Shown: in pieces, positions 1 to 11,700 of the stretch
Position numbering within the stretch: the first letter of the stretch is position 1
Layout: each line of letters begins with the position of its first letter
NCBI RefSeq assembly: GCF_036321535.1
Contig: NC_087436.1
Coordinates: 76,944,001-77,008,000 of the forward strand
DNA length: 64,000 bases
Direction of reading: 5' to 3'
Source of the DNA: Camelus dromedarius
Lineage: Eukaryota
Translations under genes and position numbers: made by a program
Notes under the pieces: generated by a model
The model's database searches: none
What the model was told of the DNA's origin: nothing
Seen by the model: the letters and a program-made list of their open reading frames with translations, nothing else

Positions 1-212
1 GGCAACAGCCATGTTCCTATGACTCTCACTGGGCCCCTTCTCTAAGGTTCCAGTACTACTGAGTTCCAGAAACACTAATTCTCCTAAGAGCTTCTCAATG
101 CACTGTTTCTGTGCTTCATCATCTCACTTGTTCCATAACCATGCTTACATCTTTTTAAGCAGTCTCTTCATATGACCCATTTGGACTGAATTCTGTTTCC
201 TGCTGGGTCCCC
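1..212 (-). mobile_element. Ancient ERVL/MaLR-type LTR fragment
   Basis: Minus strand GGGACCCAGCAGGAAACAGAATTCAGTCCAAATGGG resembles the 5' end of old MLT1-class LTRs. Family uncertain. Confidence 0.35.
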
Positions 213-239
213 CAAAATTACCACCTTTAAAAACCTGTC

Positions 240-390
240 ATTATTTCTAAGTTTCAACGTAACCCTGCAAGGCATTATTAACATTATTAACCCATTTACA
301 GATAAGGACATAGACTTAAACAAGTAAAATACCCAAAGTCACACATCCAGTGAGTCACATAGTTGGGATTAAAACTCTAGTCCTTCCTAT
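240..390 (-). mobile_element. MIR SINE relic
   Basis: CCCATTTACAGATAAGG...CCCAAAGTCACAC...GGGATTAAAACTC resembles the reverse complement of the MIR core. Confidence 0.6.
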
Positions 391-415
391 GAGCCATTTT
401 CCTTGTTTCATTGAA

Positions 416-421
<6 letters not shown>

Positions 422-448
<27 letters not shown>
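422..448. repeat. Poly(A)27
   Basis: Direct read. Confidence 0.95.
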
Positions 449-2779
449 TTGGGTCTATACTTTCCTTCCAAAAACTAATTTTATTTATATATGTCAGATT
501 TTGTGTCTGCTGTCTTATGAACATATTGATTAAGCTTGAGGCCTTATTTTGAAATAGAATCTGATGAAATTCACAAAGAAATTGCTAAATTCAAGTACAG
601 TATCCTGACTGGTAAGTTTTAATGTCTATAATAAAAACAAAAGATTTTTATTTAAAACAATGATAAAGCTTGATCATCTGCTCTTGCCTGGTGCTAAAAT
701 TAGTCTTCCTTGCCCTGAGTTTTTGGTTAGAAACCCTTGGTCGCAACTCAACAACCATTCCTAATTCTCTTCTCCCTACCTTTTTACATTTTAAAGGTTA
801 ATTCTCCCAGACTTCTTGCAGTTATCTATGGCCAGATGACCCAGGTCTGGCTAATAAAAAGTAAAAGTACTTCCTTCACACAAAAGGAAAGAACAACTTT
901 TCTTTGCCCCGACCCTTTCTTCATGCTTAAAACAATAGTGTGATGCCTGGAATTAGAGCAGTCATCTTGTGATCATGAGCCAGCAGCATAAGTTATGCCC
1001 CAAATATTTCACAGTATACATTTATACTAAAAAGAGTATTAAAATTTTATATATAGTATATATGTGTATATATTCAATAAAGAGCTGTTATGCTCAAACA
1101 CTGAGTTCCTCAAACCTCTGAGTTTTGTTGTTTTTAAATTGAATGGGCAAAAAGAATATTTATAAAATATGTACATGGCATAAAGGAAAACAATACACTG
1201 ACCATCTAGGTAACCACAACCCAGCCTAATCAAAAAGGACAACCTCAGAGGCAACCCCTATTCTAGATTTTGTTTATCCAGCCTTGGCCGTTTTAATAAT
1301 CCCCTTGCTTTCCTTTATCTCTCTCTTTTGAAAGTCCAGGAATTGAAATAAGATCTTTACCCATTTTTTTGCTCATATTAATATATGCAATATTTTAGTA
1401 CCCCAAACACATTTACTTTTTAAGATGCAGTAAAGATAACCTAACAGCCTACCTCCCTCCACAAATTACAAGGCAAAGAGAATGGTGCAACGTTAAGAAC
1501 AGGAAGGTGCTTTTTATATCAGTGATCAGAAAGCCTTGAGGATGGCAGGAAAGTTCATCTTTTCAGAGCTAGTTAGATAAACAGAGGTACACATGGCAGG
1601 GCAGGGGTGAGGGGAGAGAGAGACGGCAGGAGGGAGAAAGAGGTCTTATAGTTAAGGGAGTGGGGATTGATCTTTGTGTGTTTTCAGAGGAGCAACTTCA
1701 GCTTGAGGTTTCTGAAGGGGTTCCCCTGCCCCTCCCTTAGCTCATCCCTAGGCAGGCAGACCCCTGCCCAAGCCTCCCTCCTGAGATCCTGCATATGTTT
1801 TCTTGCTAAATGACTTTTCGCACCGTTATCTCCTCACGGGATACATCTGTTGGGTGCCTCGCATCCTCAACTCCGCTTTCATCTCTTGGTATCTCAACAA
1901 ATTGTTTCCTCCAGTCCTGGTGCCAGGGTGGAAGGGAGCCATCCCGTCCGGCCGAGCTCTGGGATTGGCAGCGAATGAATGATTGGCAGTGGGCATCTCT
2001 GTCAGGGCTTTGGCATGCTGCAGAGTAGAAGCCCTGTGCTAATGAATGCCATCTACACCTACCAGATGTGCCACTGGGTGACATGCCAGATCTTTTACAT
2101 AATGCCATTCTGCCGGACACAAGACAGCTGGGGAGGGGGTGTCTTTTAATGCCTTGGGGTGGGAATGAGTATGTTTTTTTTTTTTTTCAATCCAGACTTC
2201 CCACTACCACCTATACACCCGATCAGCTCTCCCTACATTGAGCTAAAACCTATAGCTGAGGGCATCTCCCGCAGAGATTGCCCCAAAGCTGGAGAGCTTC
2301 AGTTCCTTGACCGGCTCCCTTGGCCCTCTCCCATACTTTCTCACCTTTCCACTTCCTTGAGTTTGCTCCCCCACCCCATCCAAACTTAGGAAGGGGAATT
2401 TTTTTAAAGATAAAAAATATTGGAAGGATCTGAAATGAAAAAAGAGGGGAGAAATAACACTTCCTATCCTGCCCCTCCCCAATTACTCTCTCCTTCCCTG
2501 TGCTAGCAGTGCAAGGATGAGCTTCCCTCATCCCACCCCCTCCCTTTTCCACCATCCACCGGAAACTAGACGGTATTTATTCCCAAAGGTGATATCCTGT
2601 CAGTGTCTGTCCCACGTTCTGGCTGAAGTAGTTGTCTGAAGTAATGTGGAGGTGTCCAAAAACCCATGCCGTTTGGAGAGGACTGTTTCCTGGAGTGGGA
2701 TGAACAAGGTGGGAGGAAAGGGAAATGAGAAAACCACTTCTGATGGACAGCGGGTGTATGCGCGCGTAGGAGTGTTTTG

Positions 2780-2835
2780 CCCCCCCCCCCCAGCCCCAGC
2801 CCCATCCCCATCCCCATCCCCATCCCCATCCCCAG
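2780..2835. repeat. C12 plus (CCCCAK) hexamer repeat; G-quadruplex potential on minus strand
   Basis: C12-AG, CCCCAG, (CCCCAT)5, CCCCAG. Confidence 0.9.
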
Positions 2836-2949
2836 CTCTCCAACCTCCTGGGGAAATGGCTGGTGGGAGGAGGGGCTGCCACGCTGGTCCCCCCTCTCTT
2901 TTGCTAGACCTGCCTGTAGGGAATGTTCCGGAATTCAGGGGACTTAAAA

Positions 2950-4400
2950 GGGGCAGGGTTCTGCTCCTCTTCCCCAGGGGCCATACACCCTCACGCACAC
3001 TCCACCACAAGCACTCAAGCACGCGCTCCCACGCTCGGACCCCGGCCCCTCGTGTACCCCAGGCCGAGCCGCCAGGCCCTTTCCCTTGTACCCGCACCCC
3101 CGCCCGCTGCCAGGCTCCAGATGGCGGCTCCTCGCGCTCGGCTCGCGGCCCCCAGACGCCGCCCGGCAGCAGCCGGCGGTCGCTCCCTCCCTCCCAGCTG
3201 CTGCAGCAGAGACTGCGATCGCTCGGCGAGGAGGGCGGGCTCCGCCGCCGGCTCGGATCGGTGCGGGAGCCGGGGCCGCCGAGGAGCGCGCAGGAGCTGT
3301 GCCCGCGATGAAGGGGCCCTGCAGGCCCCAGGTGAGGAAGGCGCGGGGGAGGGAGCGGGGAGCCTCTTCGCCGCCGCAGCACCGTCACACCCTCACACCG
3401 TCTCCCGACTCTCCTCCCGGCTCCTCCTCCACGTCCCCCGCGCCGCCGGCGGAGCAGTCGCTGGAGCGGAGCAGTCGCGGGAGCAGAGCATCCGCGGGAC
3501 CGCCCGGAGCGCCGCGAAGCCGCCAGGAGGGGGCGCCCAGCACCCTGGAGCCCAGCCCGAGGGTGGGCCCGCCAGGGCGTCCTGCCCCAGCCGAGTGGAA
3601 GGCTGTCCAGGCCGGAAAGGTGCCCCCTTCTGCCGGAGAGCGGTAATGCCCAGCAACTGCGACCACCCCCTTCCCCATTTTCTGCGTTTTTCTCCCTACG
3701 CTCTCACTCGATTCCTAGTTGCTTCTCTTTCTTCCTTCCTTGCCAGTTTCCCTTCCTTCTCCCCGCCTGCTCCCTTGCATCCTGGAACTTTCCTCTCTTT
3801 CTCTGGTCTCTTTACCCGCGCGGTCAGGGTTTGACAGACCCCCGGGGCAATGAGAAAGGGGATATTTTTCCTGCCCAGGCTCTGGCTGCTCTCCACAGGT
3901 GCTCCCCTGGGTGCCCCCGAAAGCAACCCTGATAATGGGGGGCCTGAGGGGACTGCAGTCACTCTCTCCTGGGTCTGGGCCCGTGCCCGTAGACTCTGGT
4001 TTGAGGCGGGGAGTGAGGCATTTGGGAGCAGCGCCTCCCCTGAACACGGAGCTCGGAATTCCCTTAACTGGACGGATATATGAAGTTCAGTGGTTTGGTA
4101 CTGAGCCCTTTTCCCCCACCCCGGAGCCAGGACACTTCGAGGGCACTTTCTTTGATACATACTCCTGTTAAGACCTGAAGTCCGCCTCTTGGGATAGTCC
4201 TGACTGCTCTACTCCGTAGCAGTTGTGCAGGGACTGGGGTGGAGGGAAGAAGGCGCTAAAGGCCGCGGGGCCTGGCATCGCGCGCCCATCTGACGACTCC
4301 TCTAATCCCCCAGTGCTCTGGCGCGTGCCCACAGACCCTCTGCTCGCCCCTACGCGCGGTTGTCGGGCATTAGACCTCCGAGAGCACATTCTGTAAGTTC
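2950..4400. promoter_or_regulatory. Upstream CpG island, probable distal/bidirectional promoter of the PRDM8 locus
   Basis: Very high GC and CpG density, densest at 3020-3660. Strong + strand donor CAG|GTGAGG at 3332. Human PRDM8 is known to have upstream-initiated isoforms and an antisense lncRNA. Confidence 0.75.
3523..3536 (+). promoter_or_regulatory. CTCF core motif (forward)
   Basis: CCAGGAGGGGGCGC is a near-consensus match to CCASYAGRKGGCRS (G instead of Y at position 5). Confidence 0.55.
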
Positions 4401-7309
4401 CCAAGACAAATCCCCTAGGAAACATTAATCACAGCCACCAGTGAATGCAAAATGTGTGCCCGTGCCGTGTCTGCCTTTTAATCCGAACGTAATTCTGGAA
4501 AGCAGCATCAGACAGGGGCTCCATTAATCCCTTACAGGAGCAAATGCAATCTCTGACCTACTAGACTTGTTTTCCTGCAATTTCACGAAGAGTTAGCCTC
4601 GCTGGAGGAATATTTAAAGACAGAAGGAAAACTGAGCGACTTGAGGCTTGGCGCAGCAACGTAATAATAGGGTGCATTTCAGTCAAAGGGCGTTCCTGTT
4701 GTGGACTAGGATCCCTGGCCCATAGTCCTGAAATTCCGCTGGGGCGGCTGTGGAGTGCGTGTTGGCGCTGGGGATGGAGGGGTTGGCGCGCTGGCGGGGG
4801 TGGAGGGGCGGATAGAGTTAGCTAGGCGGTAGCCACCTAATGAGGTTGGAGCCTGAGAGGAAACCCAGTTCTCCTTCCTCCGAAGGCTTTGGACCCAAGT
4901 GACCTCATTTGGAACTGTCCCCTTGCGACAGCGTTAGGGCAGGCAAAGAAGCCCGCTGGCAGGACAGAGGGGTCAGGGTTTTACCCCCTGAGGCCTGTTT
5001 CTATCACTTGAGATTTCAGTACCCCCTATCATGTGGTTCCATCAATCACATTTCCCTTCTCCCATTTTATTCAAAACCGTCTTCCAGTTCCCTCATAATC
5101 GTAATTTGCACCATTGCCTTTTATCTTTGATTAATTAGGAAATCGAAAAAGATAATGGAGGGTCGGGCCAATAAATTAGCCTTAGGAACCGACGGACGGA
5201 TGTCTGGGGCTGCTGCGTGGGTGGGCACTGGCCACGGAAGCTTGTGGGGGCCGCCGCCGGCCGGGCAGGAAGGGGTTAAGTAAAGGAGCGCGGTGCCTGC
5301 TGAGTGGAGAAAAGCGCTCTGAAACCAGCCCGTTGGGCGCAAGCAAAAACTTCTCCATGTACTAAGTGGAGAGTATCCAGTGATTTTTAGCTTCTCCGGT
5401 TTGAGTCCAGAAAAGCAGAGAGGAGAGGATACGGGTAGGGTGCGGGCGGGCGGGACTCCTGTTTTTTCAAAGGGGCCTCCCTACTAGCTGATGAACAGGT
5501 TTAAAGCTTGGCGTTTTTAAGCTGAGGTCTATTTATCTGGGGACGGGAAGTTAGATTTACTTTTGCATCCTTTCCTTCCCTCTCCACTTACCTACCAGAC
5601 TGAAGGAGGGTAGGAGGAAGGGAAGAAGGAAGGGAGAGAGAGAGAGAAAGAGATTGAGAGATTGTGTTATTATGAGCCAATCAGTAACTCCCTGGCCCCA
5701 GAGCTAAGCTCGCAACACAGTGTTGTTCCCTGCTCTCGCCGAGGCGTCGGGCAGGTTCCGGATTCTTCTTCTCGCCCTCGGCGAAATCGATCACGCCTCC
5801 CAGACGGCTGAGGGAGAGCACTTTGCCACTCTTCACAGCTTCGCCCCAGCCTCTTTAGCTTTCAATTGAAAACCAATTAAAGGTTTCTATAAATCTGTTA
5901 GATCCCCTTTTATCTGGAGACCCCTGATGCATGCGATATTGCCCTTTAGATGCCTCTTCCGTGTTTTGTTTTACAATTGTTGTATCAATATAATGTGGCC
6001 TTTCTTCTCCTGTCTCTATAGATACAGATACACAAGGAAAACCAAAGCTATTCAGCCTCCTCATTTGTCCAGCAGCCTAACAGTGGTGCCCTTTCTCTGC
6101 TGCTGCTTTCCCTGCTCCGGGAGCAGCAGTTATGGTAGAAGCAGATGGCTACTGATTGGGGGAGCTTTGTGGCTCTAATACTGAATACTTTATGGAAAAG
6201 GACTTTATCATGCTTCGTTGGGCAGAGGAACAAGGGGGTGAGATTTATAGCCAGGAAAAATAAATCTTTTCCAAGTTGCAGCTCCTTCTCACCAGTTGTT
6301 GCCTTTGCCCTCCCCACCGGGGGGGTAAGGGTTGAGGAATTGGTTTCATCTCATTTTATTTTCCTTTCTGCTAACACTTTTTAGTCAGGGTCTGAGAGGA
6401 GAGCAGACAAAAAGCCAGAAGTTTATGAAATACCTTAGATTGCTGTTGCTGCGTCAGCATTCTCTGCCCTCAGGAGTAGAGCAGAAGGATGTGGTCTTGA
6501 ATGCTGTTTGGGGCCATGTTTTCCCCAATGCCCTGTTAGTTCCTGGTAAAACATCATCCTCCATTATCCTATTATCTATAGAGAACAACAACAACAAAAA
6601 AGGATGTTCGTGCTCCCATTTGAAAAATCAAAGGACTCTGGCATTGAAGGAGTGTGGCAGTGATAAGGCATATGGTGATGTAGGTATGCTCCCTACTCTG
6701 AAAGGGCCTAAGCTGTAAGGATGATGACAGAATATCTGTGAATGTCAGCTCCTGGACTCTAAATTGAATTTTCAAGCTTTGGGGGAATATAGAGATTTCA
6801 AACCTCCACTAAAGGCCTAATTCACCCCAAGATAATTCACCCCTGTATCTTCTTCTCCCAGACGCCATGACATTAAAGTCACATAGAAATGCTCCCAACA
6901 TGCCTACTGGCAGCCAGGTGCAGAGAGATGGAAGCCAGTCCCAATCCTGGGTTTCCCATTCCATTTCAGACAGACTCCTTGTCTCATTAATATTTGAAAT
7001 GCCATTTTCTACACAAGAAACATTTGTTGAGCATCTTGCATGTTCTAAGTTCCTTTCCCCTGCCTTTCGTATTCTTTTACCTTACCCTGAGAAGGCCAGA
7101 AGGAAAGGCCTGCAGCTTCTAGAAGTGTCACCTAACTTTCTGCCACAAACTGCTTCTTCCCAATTCTGTGTGCACTACCACCCACATACCAACGTGCACC
7201 TTTGCATTTTTTTCTCTCTCTGAAGAAGATAAAGAGATTGGGGGGGGGGAGGGCTAAGATTAAAAAATTGCATTTACCCAGCATTTCAAAGTGGCAGACA
7301 CTGAGATGC

Positions 7310-7690
7310 TTTAAATAGTTTACTGTTTGGGCTCTTACTATGTGCTAGACTAAATGCTCTCATAGGCTTATCTAATTTACTTCTTATGACCTTTGAGGTA
7401 AGTATTATTAACCCTAGTTCACAGATCCCCTTAATTCACAGGAAACAGAAGAATAGAGAAATTAACCCAAGCAATGGTCCAGCTGGGTTTGGGACCCAGG
7501 CTTCCTTTTGCAATATTCATAGCCACCCAAATGAGACAAATGGTGTTTTTGCTATTTTACAAAGGAGGAGACTAAAGTTCAGAGAGGTTAGGTGATCTGC
7601 GCAAAGACACACAGACTGCAGACCTGGGGTTCAAACGTACGTGTCTTAAGATCCCAAATTTCGACGACCTCTTAACCACTAGCTCCAGGA
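7310..7690 (-). mobile_element. Two adjacent MIR relics
   Basis: CTTACTATGTGCTAGAC...CACAGGAAACAGAA and ATTTTACAAAGGAGGAGACTAAAGTTCAGAGAGGTTAGGTGATCTGCGCAAAGACACACAG...GGGGTTCAAAC. Confidence 0.7.
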
Positions 7691-7719
7691 CCCTTCCGAA
7701 GAAAGAGCCCACACTGACC

Positions 7720-8300
7720 GCTGTTCCGGGTCCCTGCCTGGGCGGGAAGTTTCACAGAGCGTGAGACTGCAGCTGTGGGGTAGAGACCCGCCGGCTCAGG
7801 GCTGAGTTAGCCGGGCCCGACCCGGGGCTCCGTCGGCGGTGCGGCCCACAATGCCCCGCGCAGACCGGGGCGTCGGGGCGGGGCCTGAAGGCGGCGGGCG
7901 TGGAACCCGCCCAGCCCCAGGCCTGGGCGTGGCGGAGGCCCGGGTGGCGGTGCCTTGTCCCGATCTGATCCCGGGGCTGGAGTGCGTACGGGTGGTCCTG
8001 GAGGGCGGCCCACCCCGCCTCGGGTCCTGCCTGCGTCCGAGCCGCCGCCCTTCGAGGAAGGGGCGGGGCCGCTCCGGCCCGAGGCCCGAGGACCTGGTCG
8101 GGGCGGGAGGCCCGGGCCCCAGGCTTCTCTGCCCCGCCAGGCTTTGGCTTTCCGGCCGCCGCAGTGGAGTCAACCAGCGATGCGTTTACGGGCTTCTTGT
8201 TGCGCCAGGTGGGACTGCTTGAGCCCTCTGCCCTCGCCGCCGGACCTCCCAGCGCCTGTAACGTGGCGCGGCTGCCAGGTCTAAAGAAAGAACTCCCAGC
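7720..8300. promoter_or_regulatory. CpG island with multiple GC boxes
   Basis: CpG-dense with GGGGCGGGG at about 7875 and 8060, and GGGCGGGA at about 7741 and 8101. Confidence 0.7.
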
Positions 8301-8579
8301 TGGTGAGGGATAGAAGTCCCGTCTCCCAGCCTCCCGGCTGAAAACTGCTTGCTCTTCTATATTCTGTGTTTGGGCCCTTCCTTGGGTGGTAGAGGGAGGG
8401 GGTTCCTGAACACCTGGACACATTCCTCCCGCCTACTTACTTTATTCTCCGGTACCTCCTTCCAGCCTTCCTAGAAACATCGAGAAATCCCCAGGCTTCA
8501 CTGAGTGGCTTTGAAAGCGGGTGCACAATACAATTCCTAAATTTTCCGAGAAGGAAGCGAAAACAGTGTTACCAACAGT

Positions 8580-8770
8580 AACATAGCCAGCACCGAAATA
8601 GCTGTTCACTGTGTGTCAGGCATTGTTCTCTACGCTTGCTAAATATCAACTCAGCTCTCATGGTAACTTCGGTAACTTCGTGAAAAGAGTTCCCTTTCTT
8701 ACCCTCGGTTCTCAGATGAAGGCCTGAAGCACGGACAGCGCCACGGGCCCGGATTTGAACCCGGGCATTA
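8580..8770 (-). mobile_element. MIR relic
   Basis: CACTGTGTGTCAGGCATTGTTCT...CTCAGATGAAG...GGATTTGAACCCGGGC. Confidence 0.55.
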
Positions 8771-11700
8771 TAGTTCCCCTGATGGAGTTGTGGCCTGAAC
8801 CTGAGTTGCTGGTCCTTCTTGGGTCAGTTCTCTAGACATCTGAGAAGGTTCGTTAATGAAGGCATTGAGATCTCTCTGGGATGTCCAAGGCTGAAATGAA
8901 ACTAACCCCGGCTCTTGGATGTAATCCCTTACCATCTGCTCAGCAACTGGCTTTCCAAAGCGCGCTCGCCCCGCTCGCCCTCGTTCCCTCCCTGAGTCCT
9001 CCGCGCGACCCCGGCGACACCTCTTGCCAGCACCCTTAGTTTGAGGAGGAAACAAAGGCTGAGGGAGGTCACAGGCAGCCCAGCTACTGAGAGATCGGAA
9101 CACAGACCCGTGCCCTTGGAAAGGGGGCTGGTGGGGAGACGGGAGAGCCGGGTGAGGACACAGGGGGCATATGGAGGCGGAGGGCTGGAGTAAAAGGAGC
9201 TGCCCAGAAAGCCCAGAGCTCGAGAAGCCTTTCCACGCGGAAAGTAGTCTCAGCAGGAGGCAAGAGTTGGCACTAATTCCAGGGAGGGGGAAGGAGGCTG
9301 GAGAACGTGGAAAAGAGGGGAAGGGGACGTCTACATATGCTTCCCACCTGCTTAGTCCAGGGTGTGTCTGTCGCGCACCTAGAGTGCCACATGGCTTCTT
9401 CCTGCCTCACTTTCATGGTTTGCTAATGCTGCTTCTAGAAGAGTGACCCTTCTCTCAAGGCTTGTCTGGTTCTGCCCAAGCCCCATTCAGTGTCATTCTT
9501 TAGTTACTCCTCGCAAATGTAGTGGGAGCGTTGTCTGCCCTTGTGATACGGTCGGGGTAGTATCCTCCCTGGGTCTCTCTCAGGAAGATCTCATTAGCCC
9601 ATGTCTGAGCCTGTCTCTGTCATTTGACCTTCTCTGCACTCTTCCCTCTGTGCCTTTACTGAGATACGGGCACCAGAGAATCCAGACATCAGGAATTGTC
9701 TGTGGCTAGCAAGCACTTCCCTGCTTTGCCTTGAGGCCCAAACGTTAGGCCCAAACTCAGCTGTGAGTGGCTTCAGGGGTAGAAAAGCTAATTCAGTCCC
9801 CCAGATAAGAAATGGAACCAGCTGCACTCTCAGAGGATTGACTTTCCCCGGGATATTTTCACAAATTCAGAGGATCCCTCCCTGTCTGGAAACATTAACT
9901 TCCTAGGGCCTCAGGTAAACTGGCTCTAGAATGTAGCTAATGCTATGAGACAACTGATCATATACACAAGGTACTTGATAATAAATCATATGTATAAAGT
10001 ATATTCTTTAGAACTCTATTGTTTTGCCTCTCCAAGACCAAATGTTCTCCTATATAACTTAATACAAACTATTTTCTTAAAACCATTTTACATGAAAACA
10101 AGCAACAGGGAGAAGTGACTATGTAGACATGCAGCCAAGAGAAGTCTCTCTCTCACACACACACACACACATACACCCACGGAGAGAACCATGTCTGATC
10201 AGGTATAAAATTGTTCAGACCTAAATTGGATTTGAGGCCTTCAGGAAACTCAACATTCAGGTTTTTAAATTCAATATGTTTATTCTTCTTAGGAATTTGT
10301 GAATGATATATTTTCTAATTCAGGATATTGTTTATTTTTTATATATGGGTTTTCCTTAAAACTTTAGAGATGTTATGAATTATATCTTGGCTACCTTTAT
10401 ATTACATCATCAGAAGACTATCAAATCAATCTGGAAATTGACTTTTCAATCAGTAAGTTCAAGAGAACAAATAAAATTTTCAATCCCCCTATTATTTTTG
10501 CCACTTTGTAATGTGCATACAATATTGTTTATAGTAGTCATGCTGTTAATATTGTTTGTGACAAGCTGATCTTTGAATTCCTTAAGAGACAGCTTCTCCT
10601 AAGTATTAGAATGGAAAAAAGACCTACATTGGTAGTTTTTTAGTGCTTATGTAAACCTGTTAAAAGCTATAGGCCTTTCATTTAATGTTTAGGGAGACAT
10701 TCCCCCATTGATGCTAGATTAACACCCCTGGATTAAATTATGAAACACCTGCAATTCATTTGAAATGAAATCATGAAAGGTGGTTTTCACTCAAACGGTC
10801 CAATTTACAATACAACCAGGGGAGTGCTTTGGGTATAAGAACATAGTTTGTGAAAAAACTAAACTGTATTTCCAAGGCTCTAACAAAGCAATGGGAATCA
10901 TCACTGTTCTGGTCACTGATTGATATCTACTCCCCTAGTCTTTTTCATTCCTTTTATTTCTCGCCTCCCTTTTCCTTAGAGAAAATCAAATGTGTCTTTC
11001 CTCAGGCTTCAGGAAAGTGCAGTCGATGGATTCCAAGCTAGAAAGTCCTGGGCATGTGTGTGTTCTGCCTAGACCCCCTTTCCAGGAGAGGACTGCCTTA
11101 TGCTGCTTATCTGCCTGCAGCCCAGTTTATAATCTAAGTCCATGCTTCAGAGGGCCAGCTGTGATCAAGTACCAGGGAATCGAAAATCTGCCCAGTGGGA
11201 ACCCACTGTGTTTCAATAAGCATCTCTCTTTTAACTCAGGAACTAGACCTTCAGGTACCAGGTATTGGGATAATGTCCCTTCTCCTGGCTTTGTAAAGAA
11301 ATCTGATGCAGAGCCTCTCACCTTGATGACATTCCCAGCCTAGAATCAGTCTTCTCAAAATCTGATGCTCCCTCCCACTTGAGACTACTGGACACTCCTT
11401 CAGCCCCAGTCTCCCTAGAGAGCCTGGCCCAGAGGGCAAGGAGATTCAGAGTGGCTGACTGCCTGCATTTCCTTCCTCCTACCCTACCCCTCCTACTAAG
11501 AGATATTCAAAGACTGTGTGTATAATTCTGGGAAGGTCTTTGTAACCTGCAGATTTGATAGAAAATTCCTTGCCAGATCTCTAGCCATTCATCTGGAGAG
11601 GGGTACAAAATCTGGGAGAATCCAAGGGGTCAGGATGCTGGATATTAGATCTGGCTCACAGGTTACTTTGACACAGGTGAGCATGAGACATTGATTTCAG

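Noticed and set aside
1791..1796. CATATG E-box (motif of the PRDM8 partner BHLHE22)
   Set aside because: A single hexamer is expected many times by chance. No clustering supports autoregulation.
2600..3834. Overlapping 180-300 aa ORFs in the upstream CpG island
   Set aside because: Pro/Arg/Gly/Ala-rich in several frames at once, as expected from stop-poor GC-rich DNA. No similarity to the syntenic neighbour ANTXR2 or any protein I recognise.
7752..8423. 223-aa and shorter ORFs in the second CpG island
   Set aside because: GC-composition artefact with no recognisable domain.
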